Positions 40,220-53,802 of a stretch of 64,000 nucleotides of DNA are shown in pieces. The notes beneath the pieces are model-generated. The model saw only the letters and a list, made by a program, of their open reading frames with translations. It was not told the origin of the DNA and did not search any database. The DNA is taken from the NCBI GenBank assembly GCA_964612945.1, contig CAZTFR010000006.1, positions 742-64,741 on the forward strand, read 5' to 3'. This DNA is from an uncultured Thermoplasmatales archaeon (lineage in GTDB: Archaea > Thermoplasmatota > E2 > DHVEG-1). Position 1 is the stretch's first letter, and every line of letters starts with the position of its first letter. The position numbers were made by a program, and so were the translations under genes.

Positions 40220-41007
40220 TGTTTCCTCAACCATATTTTCTGTCCTGAGGCATCACGAGTATATCGTCCAAAATCTTCAAAGCTCTGTAGTTGATCTCGT
40301 GTGAAAATTGTTCCTTCCTTACAGACGCGCATACCCTTTCCAACGCAGCATTGACCACAAAGACCGATTGCGCATTTCATATATCGTTCAAGTGAAGCCT
40401 GAAAAGGAATATCGGAAATCTGCTGCAGGAGTTGATGCATCATTAATTCTGGACCACAGGTAATAATAGACTCAAAATGAGAATTTTTCTTTAAGAGTTT
40501 GACCACATAGGATGATGCATTTCCATGAAATCCTTCTGATCCATCATCGGTGGCCACATGAACAGTGGCACCTGTTTTTTTCAATCGTTTTATAAAAATC
40601 AGCTCTTTTTTTGTTTTTGCTCCTAAAACAACTGTTGCTTTTTTGTTCTGTTGTCGTGCCAGTTCAATTGCGGGTGCAAGCATCGCAGCCCCGGATCCAC
40701 CTCCAACAAATAAGATATTTTGTGTAGAGAGATCAAAGGTGTTTCCGTATGGTCCTCGAACTCCTATTTTTGCATTTTTATCTAAATCAAATAATGCTTT
40801 TGTTGCTTCACCAATACGTTTGACGGTGATACCAAACTCTTTTTTTGAAATAGAAGAAACACTCATGGGAATTTCATCAACCCCTGGTATCCATATCATA
40901 AAAAATTGTCCTGGTTCAACTGATGAAGAGTAGGAAAAAAATAGTGTTTTTATATCTGGAGTTTCCATTTGTGTTTGTATGATTTTGCAGATAGTAGGAC
41001 TGTTCAT
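40216..41007 (-). CDS. pyrK: Dihydroorotate dehydrogenase electron-transfer subunit
   Basis: FNR-like FAD/NAD fold and C-terminal 2Fe-2S cysteines CAIGLCGQCCVGKGMRVCKEG. 4-nt overlap with pyrD. Confidence 0.88.
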   Translation of the reverse strand: MNSPTICKIIQTQMETPDIKTLFFSYSSSVEPGQFFMIWIPGVDEIPMSVSSISKKEFGITVKRIGEATKALFDLDKNAKIGVRGPYGNTFDLSTQNILFVGGGSGAAMLAPAIELARQQNKKATVVLGAKTKKELIFIKRLKKTGATVHVATDDGSEGFHGNASSYVVKLLKKNSHFESIITCGPELMMHQLLQQISDIPFQASLERYMKCAIGLCGQCCVGKGMRVCKEGTIFTRDQLQSFEDFGRYTRDASGQKIWLRKQ

Positions 41008-41933
41008 TGATGTGACGCTCCTATTATTTCTGAGAGCGTAGAAATATGATGTGTTTTCATATAGGATAAGAGATCTTTTGTGATTGTGGAAAATACCTCT
41101 ATTTCTTGTGTGTAGAGTGCGGTTCCAATTTGAACCGCCGATGCCCCTGCAAGAAGATATTCTACTACATCCTCTGCAGATTCAATCCCGCCTACGCCAA
41201 TAAGGGGAATGGTCAGTGCTTTTTTAAGTTCGTAAATACATCGAATGCCAACTGGTTTGATTGCCCGACCTGAATACCCGCCGATTTTATTTGAAAGTAG
41301 AGGAATTCTTGTTTCAATGTCAATTTTCATTGCTTTTATTGTATTGATGGCTACGACCCCATCAGCTCCGGCTTTTTCAGCTGCTATTCCAATTGCAGTG
41401 ATATCGGTAACATTGGGAGAAAGTTTTACAAAAACAGGGAGGTCAACGGCCTGTTTTACAGTGTGCGTGATCTGTCGAACAAGTGTTGGATCCGATCCGA
41501 TCTCAAGCCCGTATCCTTTAGCGTGGGGGCAGCTAAGGTTAAGTTCGAGGGCGTGAACACCTGCTTTTTGCATATCCACCCCGAGGATCCGAAATTCTTT
41601 CGCATTTCTGCCGTAGATGCTTCCAATAATTGGTGTCTTTGATGAGGATAGATTCTTCAGTTCTTCTTGATACTGTTTAATCCCCGGGTTTGGTAGACCC
41701 ATTGCATTAATGATGCCCCCAAAAACCTCTATAACAGTAGGATTTGCATATCCGGTTCGTGCTTTCAGACCGATAGATTTTGTCACGATTGCTCCTGCAC
41801 CAGCAGTCATCATCCGCATCAGACTTCCCCGGTCTTCATCCATAATTCCAGAGGCAAGCATTAAAGGATTAGCAAGCGGTATTCCAGCTAGGTCTGTACG
41901 GATGCTTGGCATCAGGTTCACCGTAGTTTGCAA
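41004..41933 (-). CDS. pyrD: Dihydroorotate dehydrogenase 1B catalytic subunit
   Basis: LELNLSCPHAKG (active-site Cys), TIKAMKID and GVGGIESAEDV. Confidence 0.9.
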   Translation of the reverse strand: MQTTVNLMPSIRTDLAGIPLANPLMLASGIMDEDRGSLMRMMTAGAGAIVTKSIGLKARTGYANPTVIEVFGGIINAMGLPNPGIKQYQEELKNLSSSKTPIIGSIYGRNAKEFRILGVDMQKAGVHALELNLSCPHAKGYGLEIGSDPTLVRQITHTVKQAVDLPVFVKLSPNVTDITAIGIAAEKAGADGVVAINTIKAMKIDIETRIPLLSNKIGGYSGRAIKPVGIRCIYELKKALTIPLIGVGGIESAEDVVEYLLAGASAVQIGTALYTQEIEVFSTITKDLLSYMKTHHISTLSEIIGASHQ

Positions 41934-42033
41934 TCAGTGATCTCTATTAAAGTTATTTTGTTTTCCATAGCAATCCGGGCCCTTAATCATTACCAGTCGT
42001 TAAACTTAAGTAGGCATATTCGAAAAAACCTTC

Positions 42034-42342
42034 ATGCAACACACGTCCTGCGAACAGATCACCTGGAAATTACTTCCGGCCATACGAAAAGAAATTGCAC
42101 GTACCATGATTACTAAATTTGGACTGACACAACGAGACGCAGCAAAAAAATTAGGAGTTACTCCAGCTGCAATCTGTCAATATCTTTCGCAGAAGCGAGG
42201 ACATGTAGATATAAAAAATCAAAAGATACAACAAGAAATTCTTATCTCAACACAAAAAATTATCCATTTTGAAAAACAAGTAGTCTTCGAAACATGTCGA
42301 CTGTGTAGATTAGTACAGAAAGAAACACAGATCAAACACTAA
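42034..42342 (+). CDS. HTH-type transcriptional regulator with C-terminal Cys pair
   Basis: GLTQRDAAKKLGVTPAAICQYLSQKRG helix-turn-helix; C-terminal CRLCRL. Confidence 0.6.
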   Translation: MQHTSCEQITWKLLPAIRKEIARTMITKFGLTQRDAAKKLGVTPAAICQYLSQKRGHVDIKNQKIQQEILISTQKIIHFEKQVVFETCRLCRLVQKETQIKH

Positions 42343-42364
42343 AAAAAGTAGTAACATAGTTTGT

Positions 42365-43159
42365 TTAAAAAATAATATCTCTTCGTCTTACATGAAAGAT
42401 TTCAATTAGATGATGTGGCCGATAGGATTGTTTTGCTTTTCGTAGCCCAGGAACACCCATATCCTCCTGTCGATTTATAAATCGAAAGTCGTTTCGTACT
42501 CTTTCGGCGGTTTCTTTATTAATCGCCTTATAAATCCCATCAAAATATGGAGATGCTTTTTCATAATGTACCACAGCAGTATCTTCATTCATCCTTTCAA
42601 AGACAGCAACCGCTTCAATCTTGTCGTCAATACGAAGCACAACACCTGAAAGACCCAACTCAAAAAAATGATCAATTGAATAAAAAACTGCCTTTTTTTC
42701 ATGACGAAGCAGCTCATCGGATGAACAACCCTTCCAGAGACACCACCGATGCAGAAAGTGTTTTGTTTCATCTGCGTTCTCTTCTCTAAGAGGTTCAGCT
42801 GTGTAGGAATAGTTTCGGTTAAATTTATTCAATCGATTGCGAATTTTGCTATATTTTGATCCAGAAAGTGCGGCCAGATCAGAGGAAAGATACACATAAT
42901 CAAAATAATCACGATGACTACTAAAGCTGAATTTAGGAAAGGTTTTTTCCATTCGCTTCTTCATTGGCGATTCAATAACACCCATTGGGTAGGGACCTCC
43001 GACCTTTTTTGCAAACATCGCCACTTCTTTAAGCAATGAGGAATCATATTTTCCTATAGGTGGTCTTAACGTGATATTTCCATCTTTTTTTGTATAGATA
43101 AGAAGATGGTCCTTGATTTCCATGAAGTAATAATTAATATATTGCATCCAGCTGATCAT
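42365..43159 (-). CDS. DUF2156 / LPG-synthase-C-like acyltransferase-fold protein
   Basis: DYFDYVYLSSDLAALSGSKYSKIRNRLNKFNRNY resembles the DUF2156 core. Assignment is from memory. Confidence 0.45.
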   Translation of the reverse strand: MISWMQYINYYFMEIKDHLLIYTKKDGNITLRPPIGKYDSSLLKEVAMFAKKVGGPYPMGVIESPMKKRMEKTFPKFSFSSHRDYFDYVYLSSDLAALSGSKYSKIRNRLNKFNRNYSYTAEPLREENADETKHFLHRWCLWKGCSSDELLRHEKKAVFYSIDHFFELGLSGVVLRIDDKIEAVAVFERMNEDTAVVHYEKASPYFDGIYKAINKETAERVRNDFRFINRQEDMGVPGLRKAKQSYRPHHLIEIFHVRRRDIIF

Positions 43160-43272
43160 AGTGGTAAATCTATAATCACTGTGTAGTGGTGGATAGGATT
43201 CAAAATATTTGTAAAATAAGAATCGATCATCCAGGGTAATTTTTTGAAAATCAGATAACTGTATCGAAATGA

Positions 43273-43704
43273 TTATCCCTCAAAGTGATACTGCATAGGC
43301 GTGTGATCTTTCATCTCAGAAAAGCCATTTTTTCTATAAAAGGTGTGACTATTGGGTTCAGCAATGATTGCTATCCAGGTAATCTTGTGTTGATGACAAT
43401 AATCGATAAGCATGGTAAGTAGTTCTTTTCCGAGTCCCTTTCGACGATGATCAGGATGGATGACAAAATCTTGTATGTATGCATCTGACATACCATCCGA
43501 AAGTACTCGACCCATTCCCACTGCTTTTTTTTCTCGAGTATCATAAACAATTGCAAACACAAAACTTTGAGCAATTAGTTGCAAAAGGTGTGATGAACTA
43601 TAGGATTTTTTCCACCATCCACCTATCTTATAAAGATCAACAATCTCATCTGTTGGCCAGGTAGATACAAACCGTATCTTGTACCGGGGTATGTTTGCTT
43701 TCAA
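43273..43704 (-). CDS. GNAT family N-acetyltransferase
   Basis: Acetyl-CoA site IHPDHRRKGLGKELL; 143 aa. Confidence 0.8.
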   Translation of the reverse strand: MKANIPRYKIRFVSTWPTDEIVDLYKIGGWWKKSYSSSHLLQLIAQSFVFAIVYDTREKKAVGMGRVLSDGMSDAYIQDFVIHPDHRRKGLGKELLTMLIDYCHQHKITWIAIIAEPNSHTFYRKNGFSEMKDHTPMQYHFEG

Positions 43705-43760
43705 GATATCACAAAAAATATGAAACGGAGGGATCCTCTTATAAAAAGAGAATTTTTTTT

Positions 43761-43970
43761 TTAGCAGGAACTGTGCTCAATGGCATCATGTGGGCAAGCA
43801 CTCACACAGGCACAACATTCAATGCACTCACCGATGTTTTTTGCGACAGCTTTGCCATCTGAAAGTTCAAATATTTCCACAGGACAAGCGGTGACACATT
43901 CACCAGCTCCTGTGCATTTATCATAATCAACAATAATAACAATGTTGCCTTCTTTGAATTCTTTTTTCAT
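43761..43970 (-). CDS. 2x[4Fe-4S] ferredoxin
   Basis: CTGAGECVTACP and CIECCACVSACP; 69 aa. Confidence 0.85.
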   Translation of the reverse strand: MKKEFKEGNIVIIVDYDKCTGAGECVTACPVEIFELSDGKAVAKNIGECIECCACVSACPHDAIEHSSC

Positions 43971-44045
43971 ATGAGATCATACCTCCCAATACTTGCCGGG
44001 TGCTATACCATTAGGTCTATTTTAGAATTTCTTTTTCTATTTAGT

Positions 44046-46142
44046 TTATTGAAACAGAATAAACAACGGAAGAAATACTAATGATACAATTGACATTAAT
44101 TTAATTAGTATATTTAATGAGGGTCCGGAGGTGTCTTTGCAGGGATCACCAACGGTATCACCGATCACTGTTGCTTTATGGTTATCTGATCCTTTTCCGC
44201 CAAGATTTCCGGATTCAATATATTTTTTTGCATTATCCCATGCACCGCCAGAATTTGCAAGAAAAACCGCAAGAAGGAACCCTGTTGCAATAGATCCAAT
44301 TAAAAGCCCTCCTAAGCCTTCGGGTTTTAAAATGAGACCTACAACGATGGGGCTTACTACCGCAAGAAGACTTGGCAGTATCATCTCTTTTAATGCTTGT
44401 TTTGTACTAATCGCCACGCAGCCCTTGTAATCTGGTTTGTTCTTGTCGCTTTTTAACAGGTTGAGTTCTTTGAATTGTCTGCGTACCTCTTCAACCATTT
44501 GATAGGCAGCTCGTCCCACTGCGCCTATGGTAAGTGCGGTGAAAACAAACGGCAGCATTGCACCCAAAAAGATACCTACAACGACGTTTGGATTTGACAG
44601 ATCTAAGGCTATCGGATATCCCATTGCCCCCGCCGTTGTAATATAGGTAAAAATCAACGCAAGAGCAGTAATTGCTGCAGATCCAATGGCAAAACCTTTA
44701 CCCATAGCAGCTGTTGTATTTCCCACTGCGTCAAGTTGCTCTGTTTTTTCCCGAACTTCTTGACCCATTCCGGCCATCTCAGATATGCCTTGTGCGTTAT
44801 CCGCAACAGGGCCGTAACAATCTGTTGCAAGGGATACACCAAGGATGGAAAGCATACCCACTGCCGAAATAGCAACACCATAGAAATCAGCGAAATAATA
44901 GGCTGCAAGCATAGCTGAAACCACAGCGATAACAGGTATGATCGTACTTATCATTCCTACCTGTAATCCCTGAATTATTACCGTTGCTGGTCCTGTTTCA
45001 GCGGCTTTAGCAATGCTTTGAGCAGGTTTCCGTTTTTCAGATGTATAATATTCTGTACTAAAACCAATAATTAGCCCCGCTGCAAGACCTGCAAGAATGG
45101 CATAAAATGGATTAAGATCACCGAGCAGAAACCATGTGGCAAGAGCAGTGAGAATTGCGGTGAGCACAGCTGCAAGATATAAGGAGTTCCGAAGCGCACC
45201 ATAGATATTTGATCCCCCACCAACTAATACAAGAAGGATTCCTGCAATGGATGAAAAAATTCCAATAGTTGCAAGAACAAGCGGAAGCCATAATGCAGCA
45301 TCAACGGTTGCCTCCGTCAAAATCAATTGACCAAGTGTCTCCGAAGCACCTGTTTGTAACACAACAGCCATGCTTACCGCAGCAAGTGCCATAGTAGCAA
45401 TCAGTGAATCCACATAGGACTCAAATAAATCAGCTCCCATTCCTGCAACATCACCGACGTTATCTCCCACTTGATCAGCGATAACTGCAGGATTCCGCGG
45501 ATCATCCTCAGGGATACCAGCTTCTACCTTGCCTACAAGATCAGCGCCAACATCTGCTGCTTTCGTATAAATGCCGCCACCAACTCGGGCAAAGAGCGCA
45601 ATAGATGATGCGCCAAACCCAAAACCAAATAACATATTTGTTGCAGTAACCACATCAAAAGAGAAAAATTGAGTAAAGCTAAAAAAAAGACCAAAAACAC
45701 CTAGTACTCCAAGACCGACAACACACATGCCCATGACCGCGCCACTTGAAAAAGCAATAGAGAATCCTTTAGCAAGGCTTTTTTGAGTCCCAGCAGCGGT
45801 ACGAGCATTTGCCATGGTGGCAATACGCATTCCGATATTTCCGGACAGTGCAGAAAAAATAGCTCCTATTAGAAATGCAACGGAAAGCCCTATTTCGATA
45901 TTACTTCCCTCAATAAACGATGCAATAAAAAGAAGCGCCGTCACAACAGCAACAAAAATAGTAAGTACTTTATATTCACTATTTAAGAAAGCCATTGCTC
46001 CTTCTCGTATAGCGCAATTTAATTCTTTCATTTTTTCAGTTCCTGCATCCTGTCGACGAATCACGAAATAGAGAATAAATGCAAAAAGTAATGCGACGGC
46101 TGCTCCAATTGGTATAGAAAGAGTAAACAGATTTAGCTCCAT
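44046..46142 (-). CDS. hppA: Membrane-integral ion-pumping pyrophosphatase (probably K+-dependent type)
   Basis: 698 aa and highly hydrophobic, with GDNVGDVAGMGADLFESY and DNAKKYIE. GNTTAAMGKG has Ala where K+-independent enzymes carry Lys. Confidence 0.9.
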   Translation of the reverse strand: MELNLFTLSIPIGAAVALLFAFILYFVIRRQDAGTEKMKELNCAIREGAMAFLNSEYKVLTIFVAVVTALLFIASFIEGSNIEIGLSVAFLIGAIFSALSGNIGMRIATMANARTAAGTQKSLAKGFSIAFSSGAVMGMCVVGLGVLGVFGLFFSFTQFFSFDVVTATNMLFGFGFGASSIALFARVGGGIYTKAADVGADLVGKVEAGIPEDDPRNPAVIADQVGDNVGDVAGMGADLFESYVDSLIATMALAAVSMAVVLQTGASETLGQLILTEATVDAALWLPLVLATIGIFSSIAGILLVLVGGGSNIYGALRNSLYLAAVLTAILTALATWFLLGDLNPFYAILAGLAAGLIIGFSTEYYTSEKRKPAQSIAKAAETGPATVIIQGLQVGMISTIIPVIAVVSAMLAAYYFADFYGVAISAVGMLSILGVSLATDCYGPVADNAQGISEMAGMGQEVREKTEQLDAVGNTTAAMGKGFAIGSAAITALALIFTYITTAGAMGYPIALDLSNPNVVVGIFLGAMLPFVFTALTIGAVGRAAYQMVEEVRRQFKELNLLKSDKNKPDYKGCVAISTKQALKEMILPSLLAVVSPIVVGLILKPEGLGGLLIGSIATGFLLAVFLANSGGAWDNAKKYIESGNLGGKGSDNHKATVIGDTVGDPCKDTSGPSLNILIKLMSIVSLVFLPLFILFQ

Positions 46143-46278
46143 AGTTTCTCCTCTTAGGGATCAATCTGCGAATAGTTTTTAAAAATTATGTAATAAACAA
46201 AAGGTATCCAAATATTTATGTAGGGGTCTTGCTTACCCGTGTGTGATTATCTCTACTATATTATATACGATATAATAA

Positions 46279-49842
<3,564 letters not shown>

Positions 49843-49910
49843 CGCGTTATAGATAAACCACAACACATATCACCTCAATTCGTTATACCCATTGCGTTAA
49901 GGGGTGTATT

Positions 49911-51284
49911 TTGCAGACTCGTGCAGAAGAAATAAAACAAATTATCACACAAGCACAAGATATTCATATCATAACACACATTGATGCTGATGGGATTGCA
50001 GCAGGAGCAATTGCATCTCGAACGTTAGATCGTCTTGGTAAACAATATAGCTTAGAGTTTGTAAAACAACTCGATGAATCAATAATGAAAAATGTCGCTG
50101 ATGCAAACCATGAGCTTGTTTGGTTTACTGATCTTGGAAGTAGCATATGCACACAATACCCGGATATCTCGAAAATCATTACAGATCATCATCATTGTCC
50201 TCCTGATTCAAATTTTGAATTTCATCTCAACCCTCATCTATTTGGCTATGATGGGTCCATTGAAATTAGCGGCTCAGGTGTTACATATCTAATCGCAAGA
50301 GCAATAAATTCAGTTAATAAGGATCTCTCTGCCTTAGCTATCGTTGGTGCCTGTGGAGATCTACAAGACAAACGTTTCGGGCGATTACAAGGTATGAATC
50401 AACAGATTCTAAAAGATGGAAAATCCCTACAAATTCTTGATTCTCACCTCGACATTTGTTACTTTGGAAGAGAAACACGACCGCTCCCAAAATTTTTCCA
50501 GTTCGCTAATAATCCATTGATACCTGGTGTCTCTGGTCGTGAATATGCAAGTATCGCTTATCTTGAGGAATTAGAAGTTCCATTAAAAGATGGTGATGTA
50601 TGGCGTCATTGGATTGATTTAGCTCATCAGGAAAAACAACATATTTTATCATCAATAGCTCAACGTTTATTACAAAGAGGATTTGGAGCTGCTTATGTCC
50701 GTCGTCTTATTTCAGAAGTGTATATTCTTCCTCAGGAATCTCTCGGCTCAGAGCTTCATGATGCAAAAGAATATGCAACGCTTTTGAACTCAACTGCGCG
50801 ATATGGACAATATGAAGTTGGCATGCAAGTGTGTTTAGGAGATCGAGATGATTGGTTAGAAAAAGCGCGAAATCTATTACGTGGTCATAGACAAAATCTT
50901 GTGGAAGCATTGCAGTTTGTCCGTGAGGAACCATTGATTAAAAAGGACTATGTTCAATATTTTCATGCAAAAAACGGAGTTCGAGATACGATACTTGGCA
51001 TTGTTACGAATATGTTGCTGAATTCTGAAGACATTGACAAAAACCTTCCATTAATTGGTTTTGCCTACACGGAAACAGGAGCCGTAAAGGTATCTGCTCG
51101 TGCTGATCAGTATCTTGTCGATCGTGGATTGAATCTCTCAAAGGCGTTAAAACAGGCGGCAAAACAGATAGACGGCGTAGGTGGTGGGCATAGCATTGCT
51201 GCAGGTGCAACTATACCTAACGGTAAAGAAGATGATTTTATTCAACTAGTCGAGCAAAATATACAAGATCAATTTTCCAAATAG
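49911..51284 (+). CDS. DHH-family RecJ/GAN (Cdc45-like) nuclease
   Basis: DHH motifs HIDADG, FTDLG, ITDHHH and the DHHA1 motif GGGHSIAAG. TTG start preceded by GGGGTG. Confidence 0.75.
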   Translation: MQTRAEEIKQIITQAQDIHIITHIDADGIAAGAIASRTLDRLGKQYSLEFVKQLDESIMKNVADANHELVWFTDLGSSICTQYPDISKIITDHHHCPPDSNFEFHLNPHLFGYDGSIEISGSGVTYLIARAINSVNKDLSALAIVGACGDLQDKRFGRLQGMNQQILKDGKSLQILDSHLDICYFGRETRPLPKFFQFANNPLIPGVSGREYASIAYLEELEVPLKDGDVWRHWIDLAHQEKQHILSSIAQRLLQRGFGAAYVRRLISEVYILPQESLGSELHDAKEYATLLNSTARYGQYEVGMQVCLGDRDDWLEKARNLLRGHRQNLVEALQFVREEPLIKKDYVQYFHAKNGVRDTILGIVTNMLLNSEDIDKNLPLIGFAYTETGAVKVSARADQYLVDRGLNLSKALKQAAKQIDGVGGGHSIAAGATIPNGKEDDFIQLVEQNIQDQFSK

Positions 51285-52402
51285 ACTTCCTGAACATCTA
51301 CCACAAAATAGATTGTTTCATCAGCTAAGGGATGAAGGCTAATATTGAAATCAGGATCAATGGTTTTCATAGCCGGTATCAACTGTGATTCAAAAATTAT
51401 TTCGGGAAACGTACTCGTAATATTTCTTGTTTCATTTCTGAGAATAGTTGTACTTTTATCAAAATCTAAATATTGTTTTTCCCCGGTTTCTTGATCTGAA
51501 ATATACGATGTATTAATGGTAGTTGCATTTATTGATTCAACGGTAAACGTAGCTTGTTGCCCGTAGAGTCCTATTACCGAAATTGTATCGTTAATGTCCA
51601 GTTCATGAGTTATAATAATTTCAGTGTCATTAATGCTTCCAATTGTGTTTTTATCGTCAGGGAAAATAATTTGCTCTCCAACATTTTGATCAATTGTTAT
51701 CCAATCAAAGTATTCATCTAAATCATCAGGAGGCGTCGTATACATCCATATCAATGTTTCATTCACCTTAGTTATCGTTGTTGAATTTGACCAGGCAGGA
51801 TATTTTTCTTGTACGGTTTCCCCTACATAATGCCAGTCTTCTCGAATTTCATATAAGGTAACGGTACCATTACCTAAAAAGGGTATAAAATCTTCAGGCA
51901 TAGGTGCATCTTTTTGAATGTCCGTTATTTTAAGAATGTATCGAGTTCCTACAATTTCTGTGAGATTAAATGTTGTTCCTATCTGAGGGCTTACTCCATA
52001 GGCGTTTTCTGGATCTAAGGGGCCTATCGTCACTGATTCGTCACCTTCCTTTAACCCCATCAATCCGTTAATCAAACCAGGGATGTATTCATTAGTAATC
52101 GTATTTGAGTACCCATTATATCCTTCTGGTGGGGATTCAGATTTATTAGTAGTTACAAATAGTTTTACTGGTATTCCACCTTGACGGTTGGTTGGATCCT
52201 CATACGAAGAATTATAGATGGTGTCATTTGACGCATAATAAATTATATAATGCACATCCGCAAGACTTCCTTCAGATATCGTTTTTTGTTGAGGAAAGAT
52301 ATTCTCTAAAATATCAGGATAATTGGATGCAGTTAAAAAAACGGTAAAGGCACCTACGATAATAAGTACTAGAGCAACTGCCGCAATTTTTTCGGATTTC
52401 AT
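51269..52402 (-). CDS. Membrane-anchored protein with FKBP-type PPIase-like domain
   Basis: N-terminal TM, then VHYIIYYASNDTIYNSSYE...PVKLFV...IPGLINGLMGLKEGDESVTIGPLDPENAYG, which follows the FKBP pattern. Confidence 0.5.
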   Translation of the reverse strand: MKSEKIAAVALVLIIVGAFTVFLTASNYPDILENIFPQQKTISEGSLADVHYIIYYASNDTIYNSSYEDPTNRQGGIPVKLFVTTNKSESPPEGYNGYSNTITNEYIPGLINGLMGLKEGDESVTIGPLDPENAYGVSPQIGTTFNLTEIVGTRYILKITDIQKDAPMPEDFIPFLGNGTVTLYEIREDWHYVGETVQEKYPAWSNSTTITKVNETLIWMYTTPPDDLDEYFDWITIDQNVGEQIIFPDDKNTIGSINDTEIIITHELDINDTISVIGLYGQQATFTVESINATTINTSYISDQETGEKQYLDFDKSTTILRNETRNITSTFPEIIFESQLIPAMKTIDPDFNISLHPLADETIYFVVDVQEVYLEN

Positions 52403-52423
52403 GAGCGTGTTGAATGATTTTTT

Positions 52424-52434
52424 CCTATATTAAA
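52424..52434. repeat. Left copy of the border 11-mer CCTATATTAAA (att candidate or TATA box)
   Basis: Identical to 56553-56563. The reverse complement TTTAATATAGG is TATA-box-like and lies about 25-30 nt upstream of the ATG at 52402. Confidence 0.35.
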
Positions 52435-52726
52435 TTATGGCTGACCGAATGATAAAATAACAGAAGAAGGAGTCATAAGATATTTTTTTTATGATATATA
52501 AAACTAACCCCTAAATTATGTTACTGTGTGACAAGGTGTGAGGAGTCAGAATCTTTGGACAAGATTGAGGTGATATAATCACACTGCTTGACTCCCCAAT
52601 TAATGACAATTGATCATTAGGATTAAGGTTTTTCCCTTGTAAAGTAGGGAGTTTCACCTTACATATGGTGTTATAATGGATTCTTCAACAGGAAAAAAAG
52701 AAAAAAAGAGGGTTTTAGATGTGTGT

Positions 52727-53032
52727 TTATCGCTGTCTTAGCAGTAACAATGCGGAGATCGCGATTGCCAGGATGAAAATAGTCATCGCGACCAAGATAA
52801 GGTTTACAGCCGAGTCAAAACCACCCGTGACATTGATTAGCGTGTTGTTGCTTTGTGTCGTGAGGAAACTGCCGTTGGGCGTCGACGGACTGTCGAGCAA
52901 ATCATTCAATTCCGACACAACAATCCACATGACGAGCCCCATCACCAGCATGCCAGCAAACGCAATACCGATCATCAGAATGACACCGAGATCAATCATC
53001 CCTTCGACATTCTCGCAAAGCTTTCGCAACAT
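52727..53032 (-). CDS. Two-hydrophobic-helix small membrane protein, paralog B (spindle-virus capsid-like architecture)
   Basis: 101 aa: MLRKLCENVEGMIDLGVILMIGIAFAGMLVMGLVMWIVV - linker with NNT and NVT sequons - GFDSAVNLILVAMTIFILAIAISALLLLRQR. Its ATG lies 1 nt after the paralog A stop. The track start at 53083 would overlap paralog A. Confidence 0.6.
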   Translation of the reverse strand: MLRKLCENVEGMIDLGVILMIGIAFAGMLVMGLVMWIVVSELNDLLDSPSTPNGSFLTTQSNNTLINVTGGFDSAVNLILVAMTIFILAIAISALLLLRQR

Positions 53033-53033
53033 A

Positions 53034-53318
53034 TTACACCCGTCTGAGGAGCAACAATGCCGAGATTGCAAGGGCAAGAACAAAGATCGTGATAGCCACT
53101 AAGATAAGATTTACTGCCGAGTCAAAACCCGCGGTAACATTACCCATCGTATTGTTGGCCTGACCGAAATATCCCGTACCAGATAGCTCGGAACCCAAAT
53201 TGTCCCTGATCACCCAAATGATGAAACCGACAACAGCCATACCGACAAACGCAATACCGATCATCAGCACGACAGAGAGATCAATCACCGCACGGGCATC
53301 GTCTTTTAAAGATTTCAT
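53034..53318 (-). CDS. Two-hydrophobic-helix small membrane protein, paralog A (spindle-virus capsid-like architecture)
   Basis: 94 aa: MKSLKDDARAVIDLSVVLMIGIAFVGMAVVGFIIWVI - RDNLGSELSGTGYFGQANNTMGNVTAGFDS - AVNLILVAITIFVLALAISALLLLRRV. A perfect AGGAGG lies 9 nt upstream of the ATG at 53318. Confidence 0.65.
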   Translation of the reverse strand: MKSLKDDARAVIDLSVVLMIGIAFVGMAVVGFIIWVIRDNLGSELSGTGYFGQANNTMGNVTAGFDSAVNLILVAITIFVLALAISALLLLRRV

Positions 53319-53627
53319 TGAAAAAATCCTCCTATTATTTATTTCAGCCCCGGTAGAGCCGCATTTGTTTTCCCTCGAGTTTGACATATTTTGTACCAGC
53401 CTAACCCTGGGGGGCAAAATAAATAGGGAGGAGATATGCCAGGGAAATTCAGGACAAATCTCCCTGATCCATTATGTTACACACTGTTAATAGTGTATTC
53501 AATATATAACAGTTACTACAGAAATGTATATACATTATTTTGTAAACCTATTTATTTAACAGTTAATAATTATTCTATATTTAAAATATTACTCTATCCA
53601 ATGTATATGTATGGTATGAATGAGTTT

Positions 53628-53789
53628 TCAGTCAACATCTCTCGTTTTTGTGCCTGGTTTTTTTGGAAAAATCCTGCGTATTTTCGTTTGATGGCAACGT
53701 GGACAGCGTCCCGAGCCGGGATTTTCAGGAGTGATCCTTTTGCTGAAACGTTGGTTGCATATTTCGCACCAATACATTATTACTGGCAT
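53628..53789 (-). CDS. Zinc-ribbon miniprotein (53 aa), not in the ORF track
   Basis: My translation is MPVIMYWCEICNQRFSKRITPENPGSGRCPRCHQTKIRRIFPKKPGTKTRDVD, with a CxxC...CxxC pattern and a basic tail. GGTG lies 9 nt upstream. Confidence 0.5.
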   Translation of the reverse strand: MPVIMYWCEICNQRFSKRITPENPGSGRCPRCHQTKIRRIFPKKPGTKTRDVD

Positions 53790-53802
53790 CGTTTTGCACC
53801 AT

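Noticed and set aside
52526-52595. Inverted repeat pairs GTGTGA/TCACAC and GGAGTCA/TGACTCC downstream of the twin genes
   Set aside because: The arms are interleaved (A B ... A' B'), so they cannot form one simple hairpin. They are short and unaccompanied by a T-run, so this may be chance or at most a weak structural element.
52719-53490. Plus-strand ORFs (52719..53102, 52853..53047, 53200..53490) antisense to the twin membrane-protein genes
   Set aside because: The minus-strand reading gives two clearly paralogous proteins with TM helices, an AGGAGG SD and tight gene spacing. The plus-strand frames are shadow ORFs of a G+C-richer region.
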